From Euprymna scolopes (Eukaryota), in assembly GCA_053919585.1 (NCBI GenBank), contig CM132797.1: 64,000 bases of DNA; one strand, given 5' to 3'. The notes beneath the pieces are model-generated. The model did no database searches. It saw nothing but the letters and a program-made list of their open reading frames with translations, and was not told the origin of the DNA. The position numbers and the translations under genes were made by a program. Shown one piece after another: positions 49,682 through 61,444 of the stretch (positions within the stretch are counted from its first letter, which is position 1; each line of letters opens with the position of its first letter).

Positions 49682-51715
49682 AAAGGATTCCGAGTCTTTA
49701 TATGTGCAAGATTTGCTGTCTTGATCCGGTTCTATTCTGAGTTGCTTTTTCATGTTATTGAAAATATGTATGATCAGTCAATAATTCATGGTGAATTAGA
49801 TCGAAGCAACAGTTTTAAGATAATGTTTCTCTGATAGGTTATATATATGCGTGTGTGTGTGTGGTGACTAAATGACAAAAGACTATATTCCAAAGTTCAT
49901 GATGTTGACCATCTTATTATTTATTCCTTTAATTCAGTTGACATTTACAATTCTTGACAGTATCTGTTTCGTAGCACAAAATCAATCACTTAATTATTAT
50001 ATCAATTAGTGAATAGAGTTTGCCTTTAACTCATCAGAAGAAATAGCAACAATCAATCCGTCAAAAGGAAATAAAGTGCGTTTTGACATGATTGAAATCC
50101 GAAAATTGGAAGAGAAGCTGTAAATACCTTATGTTTCCATTACGCCATTTTGAATTTAGAAATAAAGTCACTCCACCCATCTGTTCGTACTAACAAGTTC
50201 TACTAATTTATGTATATTCTACGAAAAATGTTCTATTTAATAATTAGTAAATATTAAATTATAATTAATGTATCTATATTTAAGAAAATAACATCAATCG
50301 ATAATTATAATCCATTACACATGTTTTCATATATGAAGCAAAAAAAAACTGTTTATGGTTAATTTGAAACTATGCACTATTAAGCTCACTTAACTGTTAT
50401 AATCAAGTTTATTATTACTTCAATTATAATTCTTAGTATTAGTTAATTCTAAATCTATAATTACGTTTGGTTGAGATTTATAATTTTACTAAATAATCCT
50501 TTACTGTCACTTGTTTGCCTTAAGCGAAAAAAGTTATAATTAGTTTAATTTTAATTTAGTATGATAGTTATCGCCCTTTGACCAAATCCATCGATATATT
50601 AACTCAATTTGTTTATCATTCTTAACACTTTCCATCCTTTAATTCCACTATTAAGTAATGTTTATACAGTTCTAATGTCTTTCGCTTAATATTATTTTGA
50701 TTAATCAAGTGCATATTTAAAAATTTTAGTATTAAAATCATTTCAATCGATAGTTAGTATATATAATTATAGTTTACTTTAATTAATGTTCAATAGATAT
50801 ACCTTATTGTTTTTACACCCATTCTAACAATTAACACATTTGGCTTATATAAAGTTGGTGTTTAGGTTAATATTTGGGATCTTGATACTATAAATACATT
50901 TGTAATATTATGATTATTACAAATCTGTCATTCCTGTGCATAAACTAACATTCTTAGCAAACTAAAATTTAAAATGTCTAAATCTTACGATCAATCCAGA
51001 AGTTATAATATTTCAATTAACCACTTCTCTATTCTAATTTAATATTTAATTTTTCATCCGCCTGACAATTATAGAATGAAACTTGATCCACCACCGGGCT
51101 TTCGGGCTAGGTTAAGGTGTTTTTTCATACTAACTTTTGTTAGCAAGGACTGACCCCCTCCTTTGTGGGAGCTTGGACCCGAAAACCGATCCCCTCTTTT
51201 GGGAGACTGGAATCTCGGGACCAACACCACTAGCTGGTAGTTGAGACCTGCCTTTGTTGTTTTTTGCATGTTTTTCTTCGTTCCAGTCTCTTCCCTCTAG
51301 AGACAAGGAATGGTCTACTTTCTCACCACTTAATTGCCTGAGCAGCACTCTGACCTGCCAGGCCAAAACTGAGTCTATTTTCGCTGCTCTCCCGTTGGAT
51401 TGAGCAAACAAGGTTCTCTTTCTCGCTTCCGTTGGGTAGTTAGTGGGTAGGGTGACGTGGGGGGGTAGGGCGGGTGCTTCGTTTCTGCTCCCCTCTGTGG
51501 GCAGAGATGTCTATCCCCTCTCTCTCTCTTAATTGCGACGCGGCACTCTGACCCGCTAGCACCCACTGCGTCTTTCTTCTCTGCTCTCCCTCCTCGCGGG
51601 AGGATTCGAGCTGCTAACCCGACCTCCCCGTGAGGGGAGGTCAAAAACACTAATCTCTTCTGAGCCCCCTCCACCCCCTCCATTCCCCTGGGTTTTCTTT
51701 TCTCCCCGCTACACT

Positions 51716-53875
51716 TTGGTCCGTGTCAGCGGCCAGTGCTGCCTCCACGATGCCAGGCAGGAGGGGTACATCACCCCTGCAGAGGACTCCCCATGTGAGG
51801 GAGCAAGTGCACCTTCCGACGACACGGAACCTGCAAACAAGGTAGGGCCGCAGCCCGCGGTGACCTTGGGAAAGAAGGGAGGGGTAGGGCCGCAGCCCGC
51901 GGCGACCCCCGGCATACCACCTGCAACTATTCCCCACGAGGGCGACCTGCCGGAAAATGCAGCCGCAAGAACTGCAGTCGAGGAAAATGCAGAAGGAGCT
52001 ACGCCAGCTGCACTCCTGGACACCAATCCCACGGGAAGTAAGGCGGGAAATCAATCCCCTGCTCCCCAAAAGGGCAACACTCCAGTTGCAGCAGAGGATG
52101 TGGAAAAAAGGCTCCGACGACAAAACCGAGGAGCTATTTAATGCCACACTAGCCTCTCTGCAATCACTTTTTGACGAAGAGACCAGCGTTCCGCCTTCCA
52201 GTACTCCCCAAGAGGGCAAGAACGAGAAAAAGGAAGCCCGGGAAGGGGACAAGAAACCAACCAGTAGCAACCAAACTACACTGGTGGGAACGGCTCCCTG
52301 GACCACAGCACCTGCTACGCCAATGCCAGCAGCTGGGAATATAACCCCAGGAGGGGAGTCACCACCTACTCCCCAAGAGACGGCCACCCAGCAGTTAAGA
52401 AAGAGAAAGGGGAATGACCCGGAAAGCAGAGAAAGCCAGCACGCAATATCCAACGCGGATTGGCCAACTCTGACTGGTAAAGGTCAGACCCCCGAGCCAG
52501 CAACTCCCACAACGGCAGTTAGCAGAGAGGTGGGGGCCATCCTCAGTCAATACGGGGACGTGGAGGAAGTCATGCCAGTCCGCGATCTAAGAAACATCAT
52601 GACTGGGGACTATAAAATCCAGATGGTCTTGGACAAAGCGGGATTCTACGGCATTCCGGCCACTTTGAAATTCGGGGAGTGGACGCTCTCCCTAATAGTG
52701 GAGGGGAGGAAGCCCCATTTCTGGCATTGCCAGCTACAAGGCCACATGGCCAAAGACTGCCCGAAAAAGAGTGGGAACAAGAACTCAACAAAAACGCAAA
52801 GCAAAGTTGCAGGGCCAGTCAAAACTACACCACAAGTCTCCACGCCAGCGCCAGCCACAAGCCTCCCAGAAGCACAGGAAGGTTGGTCGACGGTCACTAA
52901 AAAAGGGAAGACAGCTAAAAAACAACCCCCTCGAACAGTGACCAGAGACCAGCCAGAAAACAAGCAAGAAGGCACGGAAAACATGGACACGCAGGCACCC
53001 TCCTCCTCAAACAAGAGGAAGTTACAAGAGTCTGAGGAGGAGGTCGCATCAGAGGAAGAGGAGGAATCACCAGCAACAACAACACTGAGCGCGTCAGAGA
53101 TCAGGAGGGCCAGGAGGAGGAAAAGCCGGAAGATGCGAGCTAACCCCTCTACCCCTACTGAGGAAGACACTTCCAACAAAACACAGGCTGATCCCACCAC
53201 CCCAGCAGCCCGAACAACTCTCCCCCTCCCTCCCCAAGGCCCCCAAAAATTCTATATGCCCCCCCCCCATCCTGCGATAAATCACCCCATCAAGAGACTG
53301 TGAAAGCTACCCCTACCCCACCCCCTCCTCCCTCTCTCAACCTAAAGAGCCCTCTCCCCCAACAACCGCGGTTCGCAATGAGCGAACGAAAAAACTCCCA
53401 TTCCTGCCAGGAGGTAGGATCTGCGAACTAGACCCACACCAAACAATACCGGACCTTAAAGGACAACAAAAGGTCCGGTATAACAAGCTGAGGAGTCTCG
53501 CCTATGTCGGCGGGGACAGCGTCACAGACCTGACCAAATTTAAAGACGCTCCCTTGTTGACCACTTTCGTTAGAGTCAACAAGGACTCAAGCCCTCTGGG
53601 CTATGATAGATGCAGCGAAGGATGCGATCCCAGGCCAGCAGCTGGTGGACAGGGACCATCGTTCATTGAACAATTTTTTCTACAAATGTGAGGACAGAGT
53701 CCCTGTGTACATCCACCCCTCTTTCTACAGGGCACTTAAACTAACCTTTCCCCTGGACGTGGGGGGTGTGGCCAAGGACGGAGTACCCTCATCAGACCTA
53801 CTTACCGGCAGCCTCGGCCAGGCCTGCCACGTCCTCACTGCCAAGGATTTCAGACCCATCTGTGACACTGAATAA
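51716..53875 (+). pseudogene. LINE ORF1 (gag-like), frameshifted
   Basis: ORFs 51716-52141, 51957-53303 and 53603-53875. LSQYGDVEEV...IVEGRKPHFWHCQLQGHMAKDCP is a degenerate CCHC knuckle after an RRM-like segment. Confidence 0.8.
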
Positions 53876-53886
53876 GGTAAGTGAAC

Positions 53887-56814
53887 ATGGCTTTGAACTT
53901 GGCTACATTGAATGTGAGGGGCATCAGGTGTCGAAGCAAGGCCTCGCGCGTTGTGAGAGACTTGGTGTCCCTCAAGGTAGATATTGCTGCTATCCAGGAG
54001 ACCCACTTTATTTGTGACGAGGATTGTCAGGTGATGGTGAACGATTACGACGTTTACTCAGCATATGGCAATACTTATAGTCATGGAATCTCCTTGCTAG
54101 TGAGTTGCACCCTGTCAGCGTCGGTGAATGTTGTTCACACAGGCGAGGATGGGCGGCTAGTTGTTGTTGATGTTGCCGTTAATAGTAGTGTTTTTCGGAT
54201 TGTCGCTGTTTATGCTCCCAATTCTGCTGTAGAGAGGGCATCCTTTTTTCGACGGGACGGTTAGTTTTAATGGGTGATTGGAATGCAATCCTTGATCCCA
54301 ATATAGATAAGGTCGGGGGGGAGGTAGCACTAGCTAAACAAGACCTCAGCCGCTTGGCTAGCGAGCTGTATGAAGGTCCAGTAGTTAGGGCTGGATTAAT
54401 GAAAGTTTCCAACGAGGCTGTGAATGTTGACGCTGTTGAGCGTAAGGCTGCTTTAAGGCGCGGTTCGGACAGGTACATTCGTAAAATACATAACCTGGAA
54501 GGACATGCCCTAGTTTCGACTCGGGAGATCTGTGAGGGGTTTCTGGAGCATCTATCGGTGCGCTTCACCGAACTACCCGGACTCAGGGTTGAGGAGTTTG
54601 GCAGCTATTTGGCTGACTCGCCCCGCCTCACGGCGGCTCGGGCGGCTAGCTATGATGGTCTTGTTACTGAACATGAGGTCATTACTGCGTTGAAGCAGGT
54701 CGGCTACAACAAATCCCCGGGGCTTGATATTTACCCTACGAGTTCTACTTGAGGCTGTCGCCCATGTTAATCCCTATTCTGAAGGATATGTTCAACCATT
54801 GGTTTGCTCAGGGTTCCATCCCTGGACAGGTGACCAAGGGAGTGATCACATTGCTGAGGAAAGGTCAACGGCATGGTGAGGTGGAAAATTTTGACGATTT
54901 TAGGCCCTTGACTCTGCTAAACACAGAGTTAAAGATTTTGACAAAGATTCTTGCGAATCGTTTGCAGGTTGTCATCACTGACTTGATCAAACCGGACCAG
55001 ACTTATGTTGTGAAGGGGAGATCGATTCAAGACAATTTGCATTTGATACGCTCGATCATAGAGGGGACAGAAGACGACGCCGAAGCCACGCTGATCAGTT
55101 TAGATCAGTCCAAGGCATTCGATAGGGGTGACCATCGGTTCCTGGGAGCTGTGCTAGAGGCCGCCGGATTTAATCCGGACTTCCGCAAGTGGATCTTTGT
55201 CCTGTATGATAGGCCGACGGTAGCGGTGCAGATCAACGGTAAGCTGTCGGAGTCATTCGCTGTCTCTCGGTCAGTACGTCAGGGTTGTCCACTGTCGCCT
55301 CTGTTGTACGTACTGGCATTGGAACCCCTCCTTCGCAAGTTCAGGGACGAGGCGTCTACACCAGTCCTGCGCGGAATAGCTCTCCCTGGAGGCACACGAG
55401 CCAGGGTTTCTGCGTTCGCTGATGATGTCACCGTGTTCGTGTCTTGCCACACGGATGTTCAAGCGGTGGTCGAGGCACTCGCTCGATACGAAGAAGTCAC
55501 AGGGGCCATCTTCAACCGCAGCAAGTCTGTCGGCCTGCGGTTGGGGCCTGGACCGGGGTAAACTCGCTTCCAGGTATTTTCAGCTGGACTGATGGACCGG
55601 TCCGTATTCTCGGTGTCTGGTTTGGACCGGGACTTCAGCTGGAAAAGAATTGGTCGGAAGTATATGGCAAGGTCAAATCGTCGGTGATGACTTGGATTGG
55701 AAGGAAATTGTCCTTGAAGGGTCGGGCGGAGGCGTGTGCTACATACGTCTTTCCACTCATCCTTTACCGATTGTCTGTACTTCCTCTCCCTGCAGAACGA
55801 CTAACCCGCTTGCAAGGGCGCCTCGATTCACTATTGTGGAACGATGGTAAGCATTATGTCTGCAGAGAGGTCTGTGTCCAGAGTCTGAGCGAGGGAGGCC
55901 TGGGTCAGCCCAGTCTCTTGTGTCATAGAAATGCCGAGAGATTGGCTTTCCTTGGTCGTTCGCTTGAAGAAGACGCTCCTTGGGTCCCTGTGGTTGAGAA
56001 CTCGTTTCCCAATCTCAAACCCAACCCCTCGGTAGAAGGTCGTCGTAGACCGAGGGGGGAGTCTAAGTTCTTCTCCGAATGCCGGACCGCTCTTAGAGCT
56101 TTGCCGGGGACCAGTGTCCTCGATCAGCCAAGAAAGAAACTTTATCGGGAGCTAGTGGAGGGGACCGCGAAGAATCCACTTTGTAGGTGGATGGGATGGT
56201 CGATGGAGGTTGTCCATTCTTGGAGTTGAGCGCCGGGACAGAAGATTCTGAACAACTCGGAATTTTCCCTCACCTGGCGACTGGTCCGTAACGCGCTGCC
56301 CCTTCTCGACGAACTCTGTCGGTATAAAGAACATACGAGGGGCTTCTGTCCGCGCTGTGACGAACGCGAGCCCAAAACGATCGGGCACGCATAGTTGCAG
56401 CCGGATCCAGCCCTTATTGGAGTACGTCGGGGATGGGGGGGGGTAACGGCTCGCATCGATGCCGAATGTCCGTTCGATCTCGACGAAGGTTATTTTGTGT
56501 ACAACATGGAGCCGCCATTCCCCAGGGAGGAAAGAATGGTTTTCCTGGCGATCCTGGCAGTAGCGCGCATGGTGATTTGGATCACGCTCCTCAAGTTGGT
56601 CCGCGAAGGGACATCTGTTCCGGATCGGGATCTGATCGTTTACTTTAAACATTTGCTTAAAGTAAAGATCAGATGCGATTGGAGGAGGTTGCCTAGAGTG
56701 GAATTTGACAAGAGGTGGGTGCACAGCACTAGTTTGTGCATAAGTTTCAATACGTGTTCCCTCCTTAAGCATGGCACGGGCGGTGCTGGGGCCTTCGGAA
56801 CCCATCCCGCTTAG
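53887..56814 (+). pseudogene. LINE ORF2 (endonuclease-reverse transcriptase), disrupted
   Basis: LATLNVRG, IQETH, VYAPN, GDWN (APE); FRPLTLLNTELKIL, LDQSKAFDR, VRQGCPLSPLLY, AFADD (RT); CPRC..H. Stops at ~54262, 56227 and 56392, frameshifts at ~54730 and ~55545, and an internal deletion near 54320. Confidence 0.92.
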
Positions 56815-57287
56815 GTTCTAGCTAAGAAAAACTTAAGACTCTTGACTGGTGGTATAAATGAGATCCTGTTCCTGATTTTATTTTTTGGTACTAGAGAACC
56901 TCTGAGTCTGCCCATCCCCTTTATGCCACATCCTTGCTTTTTCAACATCCCCGGTCACTCCCCTACTCAGAGGTCACCTTCCAACCCCCCCTCCACCCGT
57001 TGCTTTATTTTCTCCGACTTCCATTAAGATATTTTCCCCAATCCCCATTAGGGATCGCCCTGCTTGTTTTCGGTTCCCCGGAAAACAGTGGGGGGGTCTA
57101 GTCACCTAGATTAGTACAGGGGGGTCTCACTAACAACCGAGTAGGATTTATTTTTTGCTTTCGATATGAACACTTTTAGTTTTCCCCTCTCCACGAACAA
57201 TCTTTCTCTTAATTCAAAAACTTTTTATTTTCTAATGAAATTGAACTTTATTTTTTCACACGTGCACACACACACACACAAAATTAA

Positions 57288-57323
<36 letters not shown>

Positions 57324-57711
57324 TGCATACACAAACACACAGACAACTGTTTATTAATTGTAAATATGGTTTTGATTCTTAAACGCTGGGGATTTATTAG
57401 TTAGATTAAGATCCATAGAGTGAATGAGGTATTTTGGTAAATGTTGCCAGTCAAGAGTAAGACTCCAAAGTCTACATTTATTACTTTTAATCACTTTAGT
57501 TACAAAGACCCTGAACCCTTCCCCTCTCCAATTTCTTGTAGGGCCTTGTGCCTAATTTTGTTGCTTAAAAATCTTTTGTTTTTTACTTAATTGTATTTTA
57601 CAAAATTTTAAAAGCAATAAAATATATAAACAAGATCAAAGTGTATTTTTTTTTTTTTTGTTCATTGTTAATTTTCAATATATTTTTAACATGAATAAAG
57701 AATTTAATATC

Positions 57712-57838
57712 TCAAAGTGCAGCATCTGTTCTTCAGATGCTGCACTTCCATTTCTTGTTCTCTTTTGGTGGAGGAGCAGTCCTTCACGACTGAGACAATT
57801 TTTTATTTTTGTACCTTTTCTCCACGTTAAGACGACTC
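57712..57838 (+). mobile_element. U2-headed SINE-like element (diverged head)
   Basis: tcaaagtgcagcatctgttcttcagatgctgcacttccatttc...ccttcacgactgagacaattttt..tttgtaccttttctcca is the reverse complement of 1890-2001. Confidence 0.7.
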
Positions 57839-58436
57839 GTTATGTTATATAAAGAGTTGATGTGCCATATGAGAAACTATCCAAATGCATCCAGATCAAA
57901 TGCATGTGTATTGGAATGTGATTTTAATCAACTGTTGCCGTTTGAGTTAGCATTTCAAATGCTTTGCCGTGATTGAAAGAATATTGACCTGTTTTAGATT
58001 TCTTCTTTTCTCTCTCCTCTTCAGTTCTGCTTGCCTGACCATTCGAGTGTTGACTCATCATTCACTCAGCTTCTTTTACATATCCAAACAAAAAGACGGT
58101 GCCCTGTGCGTGTGGATGGATGTGCCTTTGTCAGTTTAGACGAAGTACATAGGACTTAAAAAGTTGCAGCAAAATTATGAATTCACGAAAGGGTTGGAGC
58201 ATGTGTGTTCGGGAAATGTATGTGTTGCTTTTGTCACTAGATTGAGCATTTTCCACCAACTGAAGGGTGAGAAGTAAGCGATCTTACTGAATGGAGGATG
58301 AATATTATTAGCCATTTTAATTTGGGTCTATACTCACCTGAACTGACTACACATCTGTGTGTGCGTGTGTGTGTTACATATGTACATCACTTTCTGATGC
58401 TTAATTTGTTAATTATTATAAAAAGACGTGTGTGTG

Positions 58437-58724
58437 TGGCATGATCATGTTGACACACCAGTTCTCATCAACTGACTAAAATTGAGCAACATTGAGGCTA
58501 GTACCAGATGGGTGACAATTTGGGAATTCTATGTGCTGTATGTGTTCTCCGCTTATCTCAGCATTGTTTTCAGTCATCCTGAACCTCCACTTGCCACTGG
58601 TATTTAACAATGTTGACTCAAAGAAGGTGTGGTTGGAGATTGAGCAACTCTTGCCATAAAAATTCTATGTGCGGGTACCCTTACTGTGGGTATGCATAGT
58701 CTGTCAAGACTGAAGGAATCTACC
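58437..58724 (+). mobile_element. 5S rRNA-derived SINE, body type A
   Basis: ggcatgatcatgttgacacaccagttctc..taccagatgggtgacaatttgggaattctatgtgctgta plus a body colinear with 43741-43930. Ends in (AT)n. Confidence 0.8.
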
Positions 58725-59031
58725 ATATATATATATATATATATATAATTAGGAGAACAATAAGAATGGGAAATGAAGTCACAAAAACTATATATTGGTA
58801 AATATAGATTGGTTCATTTATTCAATAAGGGAATACAAACAATTAGTTGGGGGATAGAAGGGACTCTATATGCAGAGATGTAAGATTTCCGGGATGGGGT
58901 TGAGATATTCTTAGATGAGAGAGGGATGTATTCCTTATTAAACATATCTGGATAAGTCAAGTTGAGCTTTATATTGCCCAGATAAGTCTCCTCTTATAGA
59001 ATTGAGCTCACTCTTTTCTTCTAACGCACTA

Positions 59032-59067
<36 letters not shown>

Positions 59068-59139
59068 TCATGTGTTCACATACATGAGATAAAATATATT
59101 ATGTAGCAATTTTCAATATTTACTTCACCAGTGCTCAAC

Positions 59140-59292
59140 ACATAAGTAGAGCTAGATAGAGGCGTCGGTGTTTCATACCCGTAGGGAATTGTCAGGCTAA
59201 GCACACTTAATTCCTAACACAAATTCTGTGCACTTAGCCTGACAATTCCCTATGGGGACAAAATACTAACTCTTCTGTGTAACTTATTTGTC
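59140..59292. repeat. Hairpin/MITE-like inverted repeat
   Basis: cccgtagggaattgtcaggctaag / cttagcctgacaattccctatggg. Confidence 0.7.
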
Positions 59293-59423
59293 ATTATATA
59301 TGGTGTTAAAATTTCCTAAATTGTGGCAATTGTTAGTGACCTGGAGGTAACGTCTTAGCAGGTGGAATCAAAGGTGACTTCGTGGCTGGGTTCAAATCTC
59401 CCAATCAGAAGGAATTGGCATTT

Positions 59424-59468
59424 CCTGCACTGATGATGTCAAAAGCATGAAACCCTAGTGTCTGTAGG
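59424..59468 (+). ncRNA. Candidate minimal type I hammerhead ribozyme (Penelope-type)
   Basis: CCTGCA-CTGATGA-tgtcaaaagcat-GAAAC-cctagt-GTC-TGTAGG. Stem I is CCTGCA/TGTAGG, the core is complete, the cleavage triplet is GUC and loop III has palindromic CTAG. Stems II and III are imperfect. Confidence 0.55.
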
Positions 59469-59677
59469 TATAAAGAATAATTATATATAAAAATTTGGAA
59501 AAGTTTTTTGTTAAAATAAATTTTATTTTCCAATGACCTACCTTGCAAACAAACAAGTGTTTTTGTTCTCATTGTCGAAGATGATAGAATGGAGACAGTT
59601 TCCTACAACAACGTTTTACAATATGTATATGCATTCTCATATATATACATATGGATATACATATATGTATATATGTT

Positions 59678-59717
<40 letters not shown>

Positions 59718-60357
59718 ACCTTTCAAACACTACCGTGTTTGAATATATGGTTAAGTGGCAGTTTTAGTCATTTAGAACTGCTTTAAAGCTTCACCGCTCA
59801 CTCATTTTTCGACCAAATTTCAAACAATTATTACAGTTTATAGATCACTTCTCAGCTATATTATGAAAAAAATTTTCAATTTTCGTTCAGTAAAACAAAA
59901 GTTATGATGAATTTTCTAGTGTTCAAAATCCTAAAAAAATAACGTAAGGAGGTGAGCGACGTTTTTTATGACTTGTTTCCATAGCAACCATGTCGCTTCA
60001 GCAACTACTGTTGCTACCAATTAACTGCTCTCGTGAAAAGAGAAGTAACAAGTGAAATAGAAATAATGAAGAGATAATTGGGGGGATTTGTTTGAAAGCA
60101 GACGAGTGCTGTACATTGTTATTACATATGTGTATGTTATGTTTAGAGGGGGGGGGCAAAAGAAATAAGACTGAAATTAAACAAAGAACAAGTGAATTTA
60201 CTGGAAGCTTGGAAAAATCATAGATTACAATAGAAAAATGTAAGCATGAAAATTAATATGGTTAAGCTTAAACATGGAAAAGTAAAGGACTAGTTGTTAA
60301 AACTGGAAAAGAAAAGGGCAAAATATTCTAGTAAAAAATATAATAAATGTATAACTT

Positions 60358-60724
60358 AATTCTTAATGCTGCAATATATATTTTTTTTTTTAATTCGATT
60401 ATTTTTTTTATAATCAATTCTTAATGCTGCAATATATATATTTTTTTTTTTAATTCGATTATTTTTTTTATAATCAATTCTTAATGCTGCAATATATATA
60501 TATTTTTTTTTAATTCAATTATTTTTTTTATAATCAATTCTTAATGCTGCAATATATATTTTTTTTTAATTCAATTATTTTTTTTATAATCAATTCTTAA
60601 TGCTGCAATATATATTTTTTTTTTAATTCAATTATTTTTTTTATAATCAATTCTTAATGCTGCAATATATATATTTTTTTTTTTTAATTCAATTATTTTT
60701 TTATAATCAATTCTTAATGCTGCA
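60358..60724. repeat. ~59-bp AT-rich minisatellite, ~6 copies
   Basis: Unit attcttaatgctgcaatatatatttttttttaattc(g/a)attatttttttataatca. Confidence 0.9.
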
Positions 60725-61015
60725 CTTTTTTAAAACCCTTATTTGAAGCTTTCCACAAAAACAGTCTTTAGTGCTAAGAATATAGAAACGCTCCTATCTT
60801 CCATATTTCTAGTAACGACAGTATTATCCTAATGCTATAAGTGTGTTTAGATCATTTTTTTTTTTTTTTTTATTTCATACAATGTAACATTCCACCTTCT
60901 GGTGCATCTTTATATTGCTGAAACATGAAAATAACAACCAAGATGAGAATTGTAGTCCAAACAATCCATACAATACACATCATCAATCCTTATCTCAAAA
61001 ATTCTGAAACCTGCA

Positions 61016-61088
<73 letters not shown>

Positions 61089-61089
61089 G

Positions 61090-61441
61090 GGTGGAGAGGG
61101 CTCCCTTAAGCCGTGGTGAAGGCAACCTTTCTAGGAGAAGCAAATCTCTGATTTAAAAAACCATAAAGCGGGAGACCAGTACCCGCATTAAGCTGGTCTG
61201 CAGTTTAACTTGTTGCTGGCTATCTTGCTCTTGCTTGTTGCTGGATCTCAACATTTTGAACCGAGAGAAAGACTTAGCTGTCGTACAAAGCTAAGACTCT
61301 GTAACATCATCGGGGTATAGATACTCTCTCAGGCATTTGTCTATTAAAATGGTCCTGTGGCAATGGAAGTCATTTTGGGGCTCATAGACTTTAAGTGTCT
61401 GAGGGAGTGGCACTCGTCTGACAAGACGTTGCAATCATCAT
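61090..61441 (+). mobile_element. Dispersed repeat (probably RTE-derived, non-autonomous)
   Basis: Copy of 4786-5997. ggcaacctttctaggagaag..ctctgatttaaa resembles RTE 5' UTR motifs. Confidence 0.6.
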
Positions 61442-61444
61442 ATA

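Larger units (their letters stand above)
51085..57321 (+). mobile_element. Near-full-length decayed non-LTR retrotransposon, L1/Tx1 clade
   Basis: A GC-rich block with structured 5' UTR, ORF1 (zinc knuckle), ORF2 (APE endonuclease + RT + C-terminal Cys/His motif), 3' UTR and an A30 run at 57291-57321. Ends approximate; no TSD recognised. Confidence 0.9.

Noticed and set aside
51650-56805. Long minus-strand ORFs (51650-52453, 52646-53200, 56152-56805)
   Set aside because: Antisense shadows of GC-rich LINE ORFs with no recognisable motifs.
59782-59960. Kolobok-like TTAAAG-ended element
   Set aside because: Only one putative end was found, with no matching TIR in the window.
60358-60724. CRISPR-like array
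   Set aside because: Plain tandem repeat with no unique spacers, in a eukaryotic context with no cas genes.
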